DNA from: Bacteroidota bacterium
GTDB taxonomy: Bacteria; Bacteroidota; Bacteroidia; 2-12-FULL-35-15
DNA length: 64,000 nt
Assembly: GCA_040388745.1 (NCBI GenBank)
Contig: JAZKBF010000037.1
Location: 3,147-67,146, forward strand
Direction: 5' to 3'
This document shows positions 9,427 through 19,123 of this stretch, piece after piece; position 1 is the stretch's first letter, and each line of letters starts with the position of its first letter. The translations under genes were made by a program, and so were the position numbers. A model generated the notes under the pieces. It did not search any database. It worked only from the letters and a program-made list of their open reading frames with translations, and had not been told where the DNA came from.

Positions 9427-10506
9427 TTGAACACATCCGTAAATTACATAATAGTAGGTCAGGGCTTAGCAGGGACTATTCTTGCACAAACGCTTATAAA
9501 ACAAGGTAAATCAGTTGTAATAATTGATGAACAAGGGTTATCAAGTGCATCTAAAATTGCAGCTGGTTTGTATAATCCTGTAGTGTTTAAGCGCTTAGTA
9601 AAAAGCTGGATGGCAGATGAATTGATCGCATCTATGAATGAATTTTATTCTGATGCTGAACAACTTCTAAATGAAAAATTCTTCTTCAAAAAACAAATTG
9701 TAAAAATATTTTCTGAAGAACAGGAAAAAGCATTTTGGTTAAAAAAAAGTAACGAAGATGTTGGGAAATATTTAAGCAAAACGATTCAGGATAATTTTTT
9801 AATTGATATAATTCACAATGCACCAACTGGTGAATCATCAGAAGTAATAGATGCAGGAAATTTGGATACGGGTCTGTTTTTGGATGCTTTCAGAAGTTAT
9901 TTTAAAAAAAATAATCAATTACTGGAAGAAAAACTCGATTATGATAAAATAACAATTTCTGAAAATTCGGTCAGCTATAAAAATTTTACTGCAGATAAAC
10001 TTATTTTTTGTGAAGGTTATAAATGCATTGATAATCCCTATTTCAAATGGCTGCCCTTTAAACTTACAAAGGGTGAAATAATCACCGTTAAAATCCCACT
10101 TCTCTCTCAACAGGAAACCGACTGGTCTGAAAAGGTCATCAACAAAGGTGTTTTTATTTTACCTGTTGGCAACGATATCTATAAAGTGGGTTCAACGTAC
10201 GAATGGAGTGATCTGACCGAACAACCTACTGAAAAAGGCAGAGCCTATTTAATTGAAAAACTGGAGAAAATTTTAAAAGTTCCATTTGAAGTTATCGAGC
10301 ACCGTGCAGGAATTCGCCCTACAGTAAATGACCGCAGACCATTGATTGGAATCCACCCTGAACATCCTGCACTTGCTGTATTTAATGGAATGGGCACCAA
10401 AGGGGTAATGCTTGCTCCGTATTTTGCAAACCAGTTTTTTGATTTTTTGGAAAACAATTTACCACTTGATAAAGAAGTGGATATCGCAAGGTTTATTAAT
10501 TCTTAA
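9427..10506 (+). CDS. FAD-dependent oxidoreductase (DAO/glycine oxidase-like)
   Basis: IIVGQGLAG Rossmann motif, SKIAAGLYNP, AGIRPT and NGMGTKG. Confidence 0.88.
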   Translation: MNTSVNYIIVGQGLAGTILAQTLIKQGKSVVIIDEQGLSSASKIAAGLYNPVVFKRLVKSWMADELIASMNEFYSDAEQLLNEKFFFKKQIVKIFSEEQEKAFWLKKSNEDVGKYLSKTIQDNFLIDIIHNAPTGESSEVIDAGNLDTGLFLDAFRSYFKKNNQLLEEKLDYDKITISENSVSYKNFTADKLIFCEGYKCIDNPYFKWLPFKLTKGEIITVKIPLLSQQETDWSEKVINKGVFILPVGNDIYKVGSTYEWSDLTEQPTEKGRAYLIEKLEKILKVPFEVIEHRAGIRPTVNDRRPLIGIHPEHPALAVFNGMGTKGVMLAPYFANQFFDFLENNLPLDKEVDIARFINS

Positions 10507-10578
10507 TACCAATTAGTGTTCATTTGCATTTTAAGAGGATGCTATTTTTCGTATTTTTGTATTTCCTTTTTAAGGCCC

Positions 10579-13500
10579 GTGACAAAAGAAGATATATTAC
10601 GCAAATACAGTGATTCTAAAAACAATTCATTATTAATTGATGAATTGAAAGGGAACTCTGCGCGCATTCGGTTAAAAGGAATTGTTGGTTCAGGCGCTTC
10701 ATTTATTGCTACAGCAGCTTATCAAAATAGTTATAAAACCCATTTACTGGTTCTCGCGGATAAAGAAGAAGCCGCCTATTTTCTTAATGATCTGGAAAAT
10801 TTACTGGGCGAAGAAAATGTATTGTTTTTTCCGGCATCTTACCGTATGCCTTATCAACACGAAGACATAGACAATTCAAATATTTTATTGCGAGCCGAAG
10901 TATTGAACAAGATCAATACAGGAAAAAAACATATTTGTATCGTTACTTACCCGGAAGCACTTACCGAAAAAGTAGTTACAAAAACTCACCTGAGCAAAAA
11001 CACATTAGAATTAAAACAAGGGGAAAAAATTTCTATTGATTTTATTTCTGAAGTATTATTGGAATACGATTTCGAAAGAGTTGATTATGTTATCGAACCC
11101 GGACAATTTTCTATTCGCGGTGGAATTGTAGATATCTTTTCATTCTCTAATGATATCCCTTACCGTATTGAATTTTTAGGAAATGATGTTGATTCTATCC
11201 GAAGCTTTGATTCTATTACGCAGCTATCCGTTAAAAAATTAGCCTTTTGTACAATTATTCCGAACATTCAAACAAGGCTTTTGCATGAAAGCCGACAAAC
11301 ATTTTTTGAATTTATTCCTGAGAATTCTGTTGTATGGTTCAAGCATTTTCAACTAACAATTGATCGGATCGAAAAAGCTTTTGAACTTGCTGAAGCCTCT
11401 TACCTAAAGCTGGATTCGGTTATTGCACAGCTTGAACCTAAAGAACTGTATATCGATAAAGATACTTTTACCCGCCAGGTTTTACAATTCCCTTTGATTG
11501 AGTTTGGCAATCATTTTTCTTTAACACCAACGCAAACAATTACCTACGATTTTTCACCACAACCCAGTTTCAATAAAAACTTCAATTATTTATTAGACAA
11601 TCTTAATGCTAATATTAAGAATGGTTACAGCAATATGATCTTTGCTGAAAACCACAAACAAATTGATCGTTTGTATTCTATTTTTGAAGACCTCAGCCCT
11701 ACACCATCTCCGCATGGAGTAGGGAAAACGAGAAAGGCTGGCTCAACACCTTTTGAGGAAGGCTGGGGAGAAGCCTCTATTTCCAATGGTTTTATTGATA
11801 ATGATCTGAAACTTGCTTGTTATACCGACCATCAGATCTTCGACCGTTACCATCGTTTCCGGTTAAAGAACAGTTTCAATAAAAAGAGCGAAGCACTTAC
11901 ACTTAAAGAACTGAAGGGGCTGAACCCCGGAGATTATATCACTCATATCGATTATGGAATTGGACGTTATGGCGGCTTAGAGATCATTGAGGTAAATGGC
12001 AAATCCCAGGAAACAATTCGATTGGTTTATAAAGATTATGATATTGTGAATATTAGTATTCACTCCCTGCACCGTATTGCAAAATACTCCGGAAAAGAAG
12101 GCGCAGAGCCTAAAATAAATAAGCTTGGCACAAACACCTGGGCAACATTAAAACAAAAAACCAAGAAAAAAGTTAAAGAAATAGCGTATGACCTGATTCA
12201 GTTATACGCTAAACGAAAAACCTTGAAAGGCTTTCAATTCAGTCGCGATAATTATATGCAAAACGAATTGGAAGCATCATTTATTTATGAAGATACGCCT
12301 GATCAAATAAAATCAACAGCGGACTTTAAAAAAGACATGGAGAGTGAATGGCCCATGGACAGGCTTATTTGTGGCGATGTAGGTTTCGGAAAAACCGAAA
12401 TTGCGGTAAGAGCTGCGTTTAAGGCGGTATGCGACAGCAAACAAGTTGCAATACTTGTCCCAACCACTATTCTCGCATTGCAACATTATAAAACGTTTAA
12501 AGAAAGGTTAAAAAATCTGCCTTGTACTGTTGATTATATTAATCGTTTTAAAACAGCGAAAGAACAAAAAGAAACACTCCTCAAACTGGAAAAAGGTGAA
12601 ATAGATATATTGATCGGCACACATGGTATCGTTGGTAAAAATGTGAAGTTTAAAGATCTCGGCCTGATGATAGTTGATGAGGAGCAAAAATTTGGCGTAG
12701 GTGTAAAGGACAAATTAAAAACCCTGAAAACGAATTTAGATACACTAACACTAACAGCAACGCCAATCCCACGTACCCTGCAATTTTCTATGATGGGCGC
12801 TCGTGACCTGTCCGTTATCAGCACACCACCGCCTAACCGGTATCCGGTGCAAACAGAACTGCATACATTTAACGAAGAGATTATTCGTGATGCTATTATG
12901 TTTGAAATTTCACGTGGTGGCCAGGTGTTTTTTGTACACAACCGTGTACAAAACATTATGGAAGTAGCTGGAATGATCTCCCGCCTTTGTCCGGATGTAA
13001 AGGTTGCAATTGGGCATGGACAGATGGATGGCGATAAACTGGAACAAGTGATGCTTGGCTTTGTAGAAGGAGAATACGATGTGCTTGTTGCAACTACTAT
13101 TATTGAATCGGGCCTGGATATTTCCAATGCGAATACCATTATCATTAACCAAGCGCACATGTTCGGCTTAAGTGATCTGCATCAGATGCGTGGCCGTGTT
13201 GGACGTTCCAATAAAAAAGCATTTTGCTATTTGCTCACTACACCTGTTTCATTACTTACCAATGAAGCGCGAAAACGATTGAAAGCGATTGAAGAATTCT
13301 CTGACCTTGGAAGTGGCTTTAACATTGCTATGCGGGACCTTGACATACGTGGGGCCGGTAATTTATTAGGTGGCGAACAAAGCGGTTTTATTAATGAGAT
13401 CGGGTTTGAAATGTATCAAAAAATACTGAATGAAGCGATCTTGGAATTACGCATTGAGCATGAAGAGTTAAGAGCAACTGATGTTGGAGGCTCACATAAA

Positions 13501-13980
13501 TATACCGGCAATATTCATACAACATTTGTAAATGATTGTAACATCGATACCGATATGGAAATTTTAATTCCGGACAATTACGTCAACAATATTGGAGAAC
13601 GCCTTTCCTTATACCGCGAATTGGATGATGCTAAAGATGAATCAGAATTAAATACTTTTGAAAGCAATTTAAATGACCGTTTTGGCGCAATCCCTGAGCA
13701 AACGTTGGAATTAATTCATACCATTCGTTTGCGTTGGCTGGCAATGGAAATTGGGTTTGAAAAATTATTATTGAAGAACAACCGTATGTCGGGATACTTC
13801 ATTCAAAATCAAAACTCCCCTTATTATCAAAGTGAAACATTTACGAAGGTGCTGAAATTTGTTCAGATGAATGCCCGTATCTGCAAAATGAAAGAAAGCA
13901 ATGGTAAACTAACACTTTCATTTGAAAAAATCAGATCTATTGATGATGCTATAACTGCTTTGAAGCCGGTGATAAGCTGA
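10579..13980 (+). CDS. mfd: Transcription-repair coupling factor Mfd
   Basis: UvrB-like module (PGQFSIRGGIVDIF), CGDVGFGKTE, DEEQKFGV, TATPIPRTL, QMRGRVGR, TRCF C-domain. GTG 10579 lies about 20 nt after a TATTTTTG box. Confidence 0.97.
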   Translation: MTKEDILRKYSDSKNNSLLIDELKGNSARIRLKGIVGSGASFIATAAYQNSYKTHLLVLADKEEAAYFLNDLENLLGEENVLFFPASYRMPYQHEDIDNSNILLRAEVLNKINTGKKHICIVTYPEALTEKVVTKTHLSKNTLELKQGEKISIDFISEVLLEYDFERVDYVIEPGQFSIRGGIVDIFSFSNDIPYRIEFLGNDVDSIRSFDSITQLSVKKLAFCTIIPNIQTRLLHESRQTFFEFIPENSVVWFKHFQLTIDRIEKAFELAEASYLKLDSVIAQLEPKELYIDKDTFTRQVLQFPLIEFGNHFSLTPTQTITYDFSPQPSFNKNFNYLLDNLNANIKNGYSNMIFAENHKQIDRLYSIFEDLSPTPSPHGVGKTRKAGSTPFEEGWGEASISNGFIDNDLKLACYTDHQIFDRYHRFRLKNSFNKKSEALTLKELKGLNPGDYITHIDYGIGRYGGLEIIEVNGKSQETIRLVYKDYDIVNISIHSLHRIAKYSGKEGAEPKINKLGTNTWATLKQKTKKKVKEIAYDLIQLYAKRKTLKGFQFSRDNYMQNELEASFIYEDTPDQIKSTADFKKDMESEWPMDRLICGDVGFGKTEIAVRAAFKAVCDSKQVAILVPTTILALQHYKTFKERLKNLPCTVDYINRFKTAKEQKETLLKLEKGEIDILIGTHGIVGKNVKFKDLGLMIVDEEQKFGVGVKDKLKTLKTNLDTLTLTATPIPRTLQFSMMGARDLSVISTPPPNRYPVQTELHTFNEEIIRDAIMFEISRGGQVFFVHNRVQNIMEVAGMISRLCPDVKVAIGHGQMDGDKLEQVMLGFVEGEYDVLVATTIIESGLDISNANTIIINQAHMFGLSDLHQMRGRVGRSNKKAFCYLLTTPVSLLTNEARKRLKAIEEFSDLGSGFNIAMRDLDIRGAGNLLGGEQSGFINEIGFEMYQKILNEAILELRIEHEELRATDVGGSHKYTGNIHTTFVNDCNIDTDMEILIPDNYVNNIGERLSLYRELDDAKDESELNTFESNLNDRFGAIPEQTLELIHTIRLRWLAMEIGFEKLLLKNNRMSGYFIQNQNSPYYQSETFTKVLKFVQMNARICKMKESNGKLTLSFEKIRSIDDAITALKPVIS

Positions 13981-14074
13981 AAAGAGTTGTTGACATAGAG
14001 AATTGTAGATTTAGTGGTTTTTCGGTTTAGCAATTTTTCAACCTTTAATTTGCTAATTCTCCATTTCTCTAACT

Positions 14075-14497
14075 CTATTTGGTGGGCAACAGCATAGCCA
14101 CATAGGTTTCAGGAACAACCAATTCGGAAGTACAATATTCAATTTTATTTTGGATAGAAATCGGAAAAGTTTCCACTTTTTGGAAACCGAGGGGGATAAA
14201 AAAATCAGGGATGATACAAACCAGGTAAATATTTTTCGAAAAACTCTCTATTAGTTTTGCAACAATGGCCTTACCAATTCCTTGCCTACGGTAGGAAGTA
14301 ACTACACCTAATGAACAAAGCTCCAAACAATCAACATGTTCTCGTAATCTTCCAAAACCAACCAATTCACTATCGTGCAAAGCGACAATAAATTGCTCTT
14401 TTTTTAGATCCCGGTTATCTAATTCAAATTCGGTTATGAATAAACAAATTTGTTTAAACTCTTTATCGCTGGGTTTTCGGAGGGTAAAAGGTTCCAA
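14075..14497 (-). CDS. GNAT family N-acetyltransferase (ArgA-like)
   Basis: Acetyl-CoA motif SLGVVTSYRRQGIGK, then DFFIPLGF. Confidence 0.85.
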   Translation of the reverse strand: MEPFTLRKPSDKEFKQICLFITEFELDNRDLKKEQFIVALHDSELVGFGRLREHVDCLELCSLGVVTSYRRQGIGKAIVAKLIESFSKNIYLVCIIPDFFIPLGFQKVETFPISIQNKIEYCTSELVVPETYVAMLLPTK

Positions 14498-14530
14498 GTT
14501 TTAGGTTTCAAATTGTAGATCTCAAAGTAT

Positions 14531-14580
14531 AATTTCAGGTTTCAAGGTTTGTGAATAACACAACATTGAAACCTGAAATT
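14531..14580. repeat. Inverted repeat built from 7-mer units (tttcagg/tttcaag)
   Basis: aatttcaggtttcaa ... ttgaaacctgaaatt, 15-bp arms, with degenerate flanking heptamers. Confidence 0.7.
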
Positions 14581-14623
14581 TTTTAAACTTGAAATTCCTT
14601 TCTTCTTTTAATTAAGAAGGGTA

Positions 14624-15130
14624 TTAGTGATGATGCCCGTGTTCACCGTGAACGTGTCCATGTGCTAATTCTTCTTCACTTGCAGCACGTACTTCAAGAA
14701 CTTCACCTTTGAAATGTAGATCCTGTCCGGCTAATGGGTGATTGAAATCCATTTTAACGTATTCTGCGGTAATTTCCTTTACCATACCATACAATTTACC
14801 ACCCTCATTGTCGATCATTGGAAGGGTTACGCCAACCTTTACATTTTCTTCATCCAATTTGCCATCTTCACCCAAAAATGCATCGATAGGTATCATTACA
14901 ATATGTTGCTCATCTCTTACTCCATAACCACGTTTGTGTTCAATAAAAAAATCAAATGTGTCGCCTACTTTTTTGTTGCGTAAATTGGTTTCGAAGTCTT
15001 CTAAAAGTCCACCTGCACCAAATATAAATACAAAGGGATGTTCTTTGCTTGTTTGCTCAATTTGCTCGCCTGTATCTTTTTTTGCCAAAAGGTAATTTAC
15101 AGAAACTACTGTGTTGTTTTCAATTGTCAT
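14624..15130 (-). CDS. slyD: FKBP-type peptidyl-prolyl isomerase SlyD
   Basis: DFNHPLAGQDLHFKGEVLEVRAASEEELAHGHVHGEHGHHH. Confidence 0.93.
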   Translation of the reverse strand: MTIENNTVVSVNYLLAKKDTGEQIEQTSKEHPFVFIFGAGGLLEDFETNLRNKKVGDTFDFFIEHKRGYGVRDEQHIVMIPIDAFLGEDGKLDEENVKVGVTLPMIDNEGGKLYGMVKEITAEYVKMDFNHPLAGQDLHFKGEVLEVRAASEEELAHGHVHGEHGHHH

Positions 15131-15244
15131 TTTACAAAGTTTTTAAATTAATAATAGGGTACAAAAATAAAGTAATTCAAACAAATAAGGAAGGAAAAAG
15201 CATGTTTTTATGTAGAAAGAAGAAAAGTAACATTACTAATAAAT

Positions 15245-15280
15245 AAAAAATCGTTCCTGGTTTTTAACCAGAAACGATTT
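15245..15280 (-). terminator. Intrinsic terminator of the CDCL gene
   Basis: Minus strand aaatcgtttctggtt-aaa-aaccaggaacgat followed by a T run. Confidence 0.75.
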
Positions 15281-15305
15281 AAATCTATTGATTCTTTATT
15301 GTTAC

Positions 15306-16427
15306 CTATGGAACAAGCTGACAGTCGTTAATAGTGTATTCCAAATTAAGTTTATTTTTAACCAATTTGTTACTGTAAACTGTTCTAACAACATAAGAAA
15401 GTGGAACCCCTGTTTGGATATCAGCAGATTGACCAAGTAAGTATGTTAATGAAGTAAGTTCAGCAGCTTCAATACTAGAGAAAGTACTTACTGTTTCACC
15501 ACCAAGTGCCATTACTTTAACGTTTAAATTTTCAAGTGAGGACAATGAACTTGCATTTACAGTACCACTAACACTACTGTAAGAAGCAGTAATAGCAGCA
15601 GATATTTCAGTTGCAGAAGAAGTAGATTCTATAAGTAAGAAAAATACTCTTCCATAAGTTACATCAGATACGTAGCAAGCTGGGTTACCTGAAGAAACGT
15701 ATTTTGCAAGATCCATCGGTTTAACGGTTTTAGCAAACAAATCAGCATAGTTATAAGGGATATCATAACTCATTGTATAGAATGATTGTTTTAAAGCAAC
15801 TACATAATGGTTTGTGTTATCAGAATTTGTAAAACCAAGATTTGAAGCAATTGAAACTCCCCAAGCGTCAACACTTAATCCCAATGACAATGCTAATTCT
15901 TCTTTCGTTTTAACATTTTCGTGTTGGAATGTGAAACGGGCAGGCATTACTTTATTATTATTATAGATAATATCGTTTAATGCCTGAGTAACACTACTTT
16001 TTCTGATCTCAGTTAAAGATACCGCAACAGCACCTGATCCGTTGATGATATCAATAGAAACAATACCTCCACCGCGTTTTACCGCAATAACATCTGGTGT
16101 AGAACTGTTTAATGAAGCACCTTGTAATAAACTTCCAGGGTATACAACTGATACATTTGGATCATACAATGGAAAATCTAAATTCCCTTGTGTAACACTC
16201 CATGTACTATTAGTACAATTCCAATTACCACTATCAACAGGTATTGAAGTTGAACTAACGTTTGTAAGAATTTTTTGATTAGCAAATGGTTCAAATTCAC
16301 CACCTGTTTTTAGAACTTCATCATAAGAAATCTCTGCATCAGGAGAAACATCCTTTTTACAAGAATTTAAAGTAAGCATTGTACTCGCAACAACAAAAAG
16401 ACCGATAAAGTAAAAGTTTTTTTTCAT
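15306..16427 (-). CDS. Thiol-activated cytolysin family (CDC-like) lipoprotein, short form without domain 4
   Basis: Lipobox LNS-C23-KKD. CDC core motifs VYPGSLLQG, QSFYT, YVSDVTYGRVFFLLIES and GVPLSYVVR. Ends at 373 aa with no C-terminal binding domain. Confidence 0.85.
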   Translation of the reverse strand: MKKNFYFIGLFVVASTMLTLNSCKKDVSPDAEISYDEVLKTGGEFEPFANQKILTNVSSTSIPVDSGNWNCTNSTWSVTQGNLDFPLYDPNVSVVYPGSLLQGASLNSSTPDVIAVKRGGGIVSIDIINGSGAVAVSLTEIRKSSVTQALNDIIYNNNKVMPARFTFQHENVKTKEELALSLGLSVDAWGVSIASNLGFTNSDNTNHYVVALKQSFYTMSYDIPYNYADLFAKTVKPMDLAKYVSSGNPACYVSDVTYGRVFFLLIESTSSATEISAAITASYSSVSGTVNASSLSSLENLNVKVMALGGETVSTFSSIEAAELTSLTYLLGQSADIQTGVPLSYVVRTVYSNKLVKNKLNLEYTINDCQLVP

Positions 16428-16668
16428 TCGTTTCTTTTTTAATTATGGTTAGTTAAAAATTTTAATATTTTGACAATTAAATTTACAGAGATGAATAACA
16501 CAGGTAATTCACCTTTGAATTTATCAAACTATATGCTAATTTTTGATGAGAGTTGTAGCGGGAATAGCTACATTGGTGGAGTACTTCAATCATTGTTAGC
16601 GGTTTTGAGAACAAATGAAACCAATCATTTATTCCTTTTAGGTTGATCACTAATTTAATTTTACGAGG

Positions 16669-16698
16669 CAAAGATAGTACTTTTTAAGGCAAAAGCAA
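16669..16698 (-). promoter_or_regulatory. Bacteroidota housekeeping promoter upstream of the CDCL gene
   Basis: Minus strand TTG (16698-16696), N19, TATCTTTG (16676-16669). Confidence 0.65.
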
Positions 16699-16812
16699 GT
16701 TTTTTATCCATTAAATATAAATTTTCCACGATGCGGCCTCGAATGAAGGCTCTAACAATCAGATTTACAATGCATTATAAAGAGGGGGGTTGTATATTAT
16801 TGAGGCGGGGGA

Positions 16813-17346
16813 TCAAAATCCACTTAAAGGAACCGTTTGTATCATATCTATAGGATAACTCTGTTTCACAAATAGTTTCCCACCTTTTAAATTACCCTTC
16901 AGTCCTATTTTAACACTTTTGCTCAAGCCCATTGCTATTATTTTAGGCAAATCGGCTAAGCTTAGTCCAGAAAAATCAGATTTCACTTTAAATGTATATG
17001 GCTGTTCTGACTTCGCTTTTATTCTTACATTATTTGTTAAATGAGCCTTTCCCGCGCTAATTCCACTTATTGTAACATCCATTTCTGATTTATAAACAGT
17101 AAAGGAAACACTGTTGGGGTTCTTGATACGAACCGTAATTAGGGCCTCTACACCGCTTTGTGAAAGGCTTGTAATACTTACATTGTCAATTCCGCTAAAG
17201 GTAACTTCTTTAAAATCGCCACAGGAAAAAAATGTTACACAACAAAAAAGAACAAGCCCTACCCACAGTTTCTTTCTCTCTTCCAATATAAAGCCCAAGT
17301 CAGGGAATTTGAAAGAGTTCGTTTTACTTATTATTTTCTTTATCAT
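16813..17346 (-). CDS. LEA_2/WHy domain lipoprotein
   Basis: Lipobox-like FFSC, then VRIKNPNSVSFTV (NPN motif) and beta-sandwich pattern. Start uncertain. Confidence 0.8.
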   Translation of the reverse strand: MIKKIISKTNSFKFPDLGFILEERKKLWVGLVLFCCVTFFSCGDFKEVTFSGIDNVSITSLSQSGVEALITVRIKNPNSVSFTVYKSEMDVTISGISAGKAHLTNNVRIKAKSEQPYTFKVKSDFSGLSLADLPKIIAMGLSKSVKIGLKGNLKGGKLFVKQSYPIDMIQTVPLSGF

Positions 17347-17373
17347 TTTATATCAACGTAACGTACTCTCCTA

Positions 17374-18783
17374 TTATTGCACTTCTTCCTCTTTAGATGA
17401 AACAACTGGTGCAAGACAACCTTCTGCATAAAATTTATAGAAATACGGAATGGTCTCAATACCTTTTAAATAGTTGAACACACCAAAATGTTCATTAGGG
17501 GAATGGATCGCATCGGAATCTAAACCAAAACCCATTAATACTGAGTCAAGGCCCAACTCTGATTTAAACATAGCAACAATTGGAATACTTCCACCGCTAC
17601 GAACAGGGATAGGTTTTTTTCCAAAAGTAGCTTCCATAGCTTTGCTTGCTGCTTTATATGCAACCGAATTGCTTGGTGTTACCACGGGCTCGCCACCATG
17701 ATGAGGTCTTACTTTAACTTTAACCGATTTTGGTGCAATGCTTTCAAAATAATTTTTAAAAAGTTGAGTGATCTTAGTGCTGTTTTGGTGTGGAACCAAG
17801 CGCATTGAGATCTTCGCATACGCTTTTGATGCAATAACTGTTTTTGCACCTTCACCTGTATAACCGCCCCAAATACCATTTACATCCAAAGTAGGACGGA
17901 TGGAATTCCTTTCATTTGTTGTGTATCCATCTTCACCATGTATATCAGACAGGTCCAATGCTTTTTTATATTCATCTAAACTAAAAGGAGCTTTTGCCAT
18001 TTCAGCGCGCTCTTCAGCACTCAAAATTTCTACATCATCATAAAAGCCCGGTATGGAAATATGGTTCTTATCATCTTTCATCTTTGCGATCATTTCGCAT
18101 AAAATGTTGATCGGGTTTGCAACCGCACCACCATACAATCCTGAATGCAGATCGCGGTTAGGACCAGTTACTTCTACTTCAATGTAACTTAAGCCACGCA
18201 ATCCAACTGTAATAGAAGGAATGTCGTTTGCAATAATTCCGGTATCGGAAATTAAAATAACATCTGCTTTTAATTTCGCTTTGTTTTGTTTAACAAACTC
18301 CGCAAGATTGTCGGATCCAACTTCTTCTTCACCTTCTATCATAAACTTAATGTTGCATGGCAATGAATTGGTTTGCATCATTAATTCAAACGCTTTCACA
18401 TGCATGTACATTTGACCTTTATCATCACAAGCGCCACGAGCATAAATTTTACCATCTTTAATAACCGGTTCAAATGGTCCGGAATGCCATAGGTCAATAG
18501 GGTCGGCAGGCTGAACATCGTAATGCCCGTAAACTAATACAGTTGGAAGTTTAGGGTCTATTATCTTTTCTCCATAAACAATTGGATAGCCTGCTGTAGG
18601 GCATATCTCTACTTTATCTGCACCAGCTGCGATTAATTTTTCTTTAACAGCATCAGCAGTCTTGAATACGTCATTTTTGAAATTTGGATCAGCGCTTACT
18701 GATGGAATTCTTAAAAGCTCAAACAGTTCATTTATAAAACGGTCTTTGTGTGTTTCGATGTAAGTGATGATATTATTACTCAT
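17374..18783 (-). CDS. M20 family dipeptidase
   Basis: YGHYDVQP, ARGACDDKGQ, EGEEEVGS, DLHSG and IHSPNE. Confidence 0.93.
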   Translation of the reverse strand: MSNNIITYIETHKDRFINELFELLRIPSVSADPNFKNDVFKTADAVKEKLIAAGADKVEICPTAGYPIVYGEKIIDPKLPTVLVYGHYDVQPADPIDLWHSGPFEPVIKDGKIYARGACDDKGQMYMHVKAFELMMQTNSLPCNIKFMIEGEEEVGSDNLAEFVKQNKAKLKADVILISDTGIIANDIPSITVGLRGLSYIEVEVTGPNRDLHSGLYGGAVANPINILCEMIAKMKDDKNHISIPGFYDDVEILSAEERAEMAKAPFSLDEYKKALDLSDIHGEDGYTTNERNSIRPTLDVNGIWGGYTGEGAKTVIASKAYAKISMRLVPHQNSTKITQLFKNYFESIAPKSVKVKVRPHHGGEPVVTPSNSVAYKAASKAMEATFGKKPIPVRSGGSIPIVAMFKSELGLDSVLMGFGLDSDAIHSPNEHFGVFNYLKGIETIPYFYKFYAEGCLAPVVSSKEEEVQ

Positions 18784-19123
18784 AGTTATATGTTTTTTTG
18801 AATTTAAGAATTCTATAAAATCTGTTTTTTAAGCTCTAATTCAATGTATTTTATCAAAAAAATGGAACTTAAGGCTGCAAATTTGCAATTATTATTGCTA
18901 ATAAACGAGTTTAAAGAAAAAAAAGAATGCTGGTACCACTAATTTTTATTGGTGATAAAAGAATAATGTTTAGAATGAATACTATAAAAATGACAGTAAT
19001 ATATTGTGTTGGAGATTTTTATAAGGAATTAAATATGTTACCTTAATAAAAGAGATCTTCATCCTCTTGCATGTGAACGATTGTTTTTTATCAATGTGCA
19101 ACATTGAAGAAACTGGAAAGAAA

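Noticed and set aside
10094-10135. Possible REP-derived insert in the FAD oxidoreductase (PLLSQQETDWSEK)
   Set aside because: Similarity to the repeat is too degraded to support without an ortholog alignment.
12534-13160. Long antisense ORF inside mfd, and similar shadow ORFs in hrpB, rsmB, sdhB and the T9SS genes
   Set aside because: They fully overlap well-supported genes on the opposite strand or frame and are explained by codon bias.
16483-16671. 62-aa ORF as an immunity or partner gene for the CDCL
   Set aside because: Its TTG start lies inside the -7 promoter box, and it has no signal peptide or recognisable motif.
17255-17346. Possible repeat-derived N-terminal extension of the LEA_2 lipoprotein
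   Set aside because: Start codon is uncertain and there is no clear palindrome.
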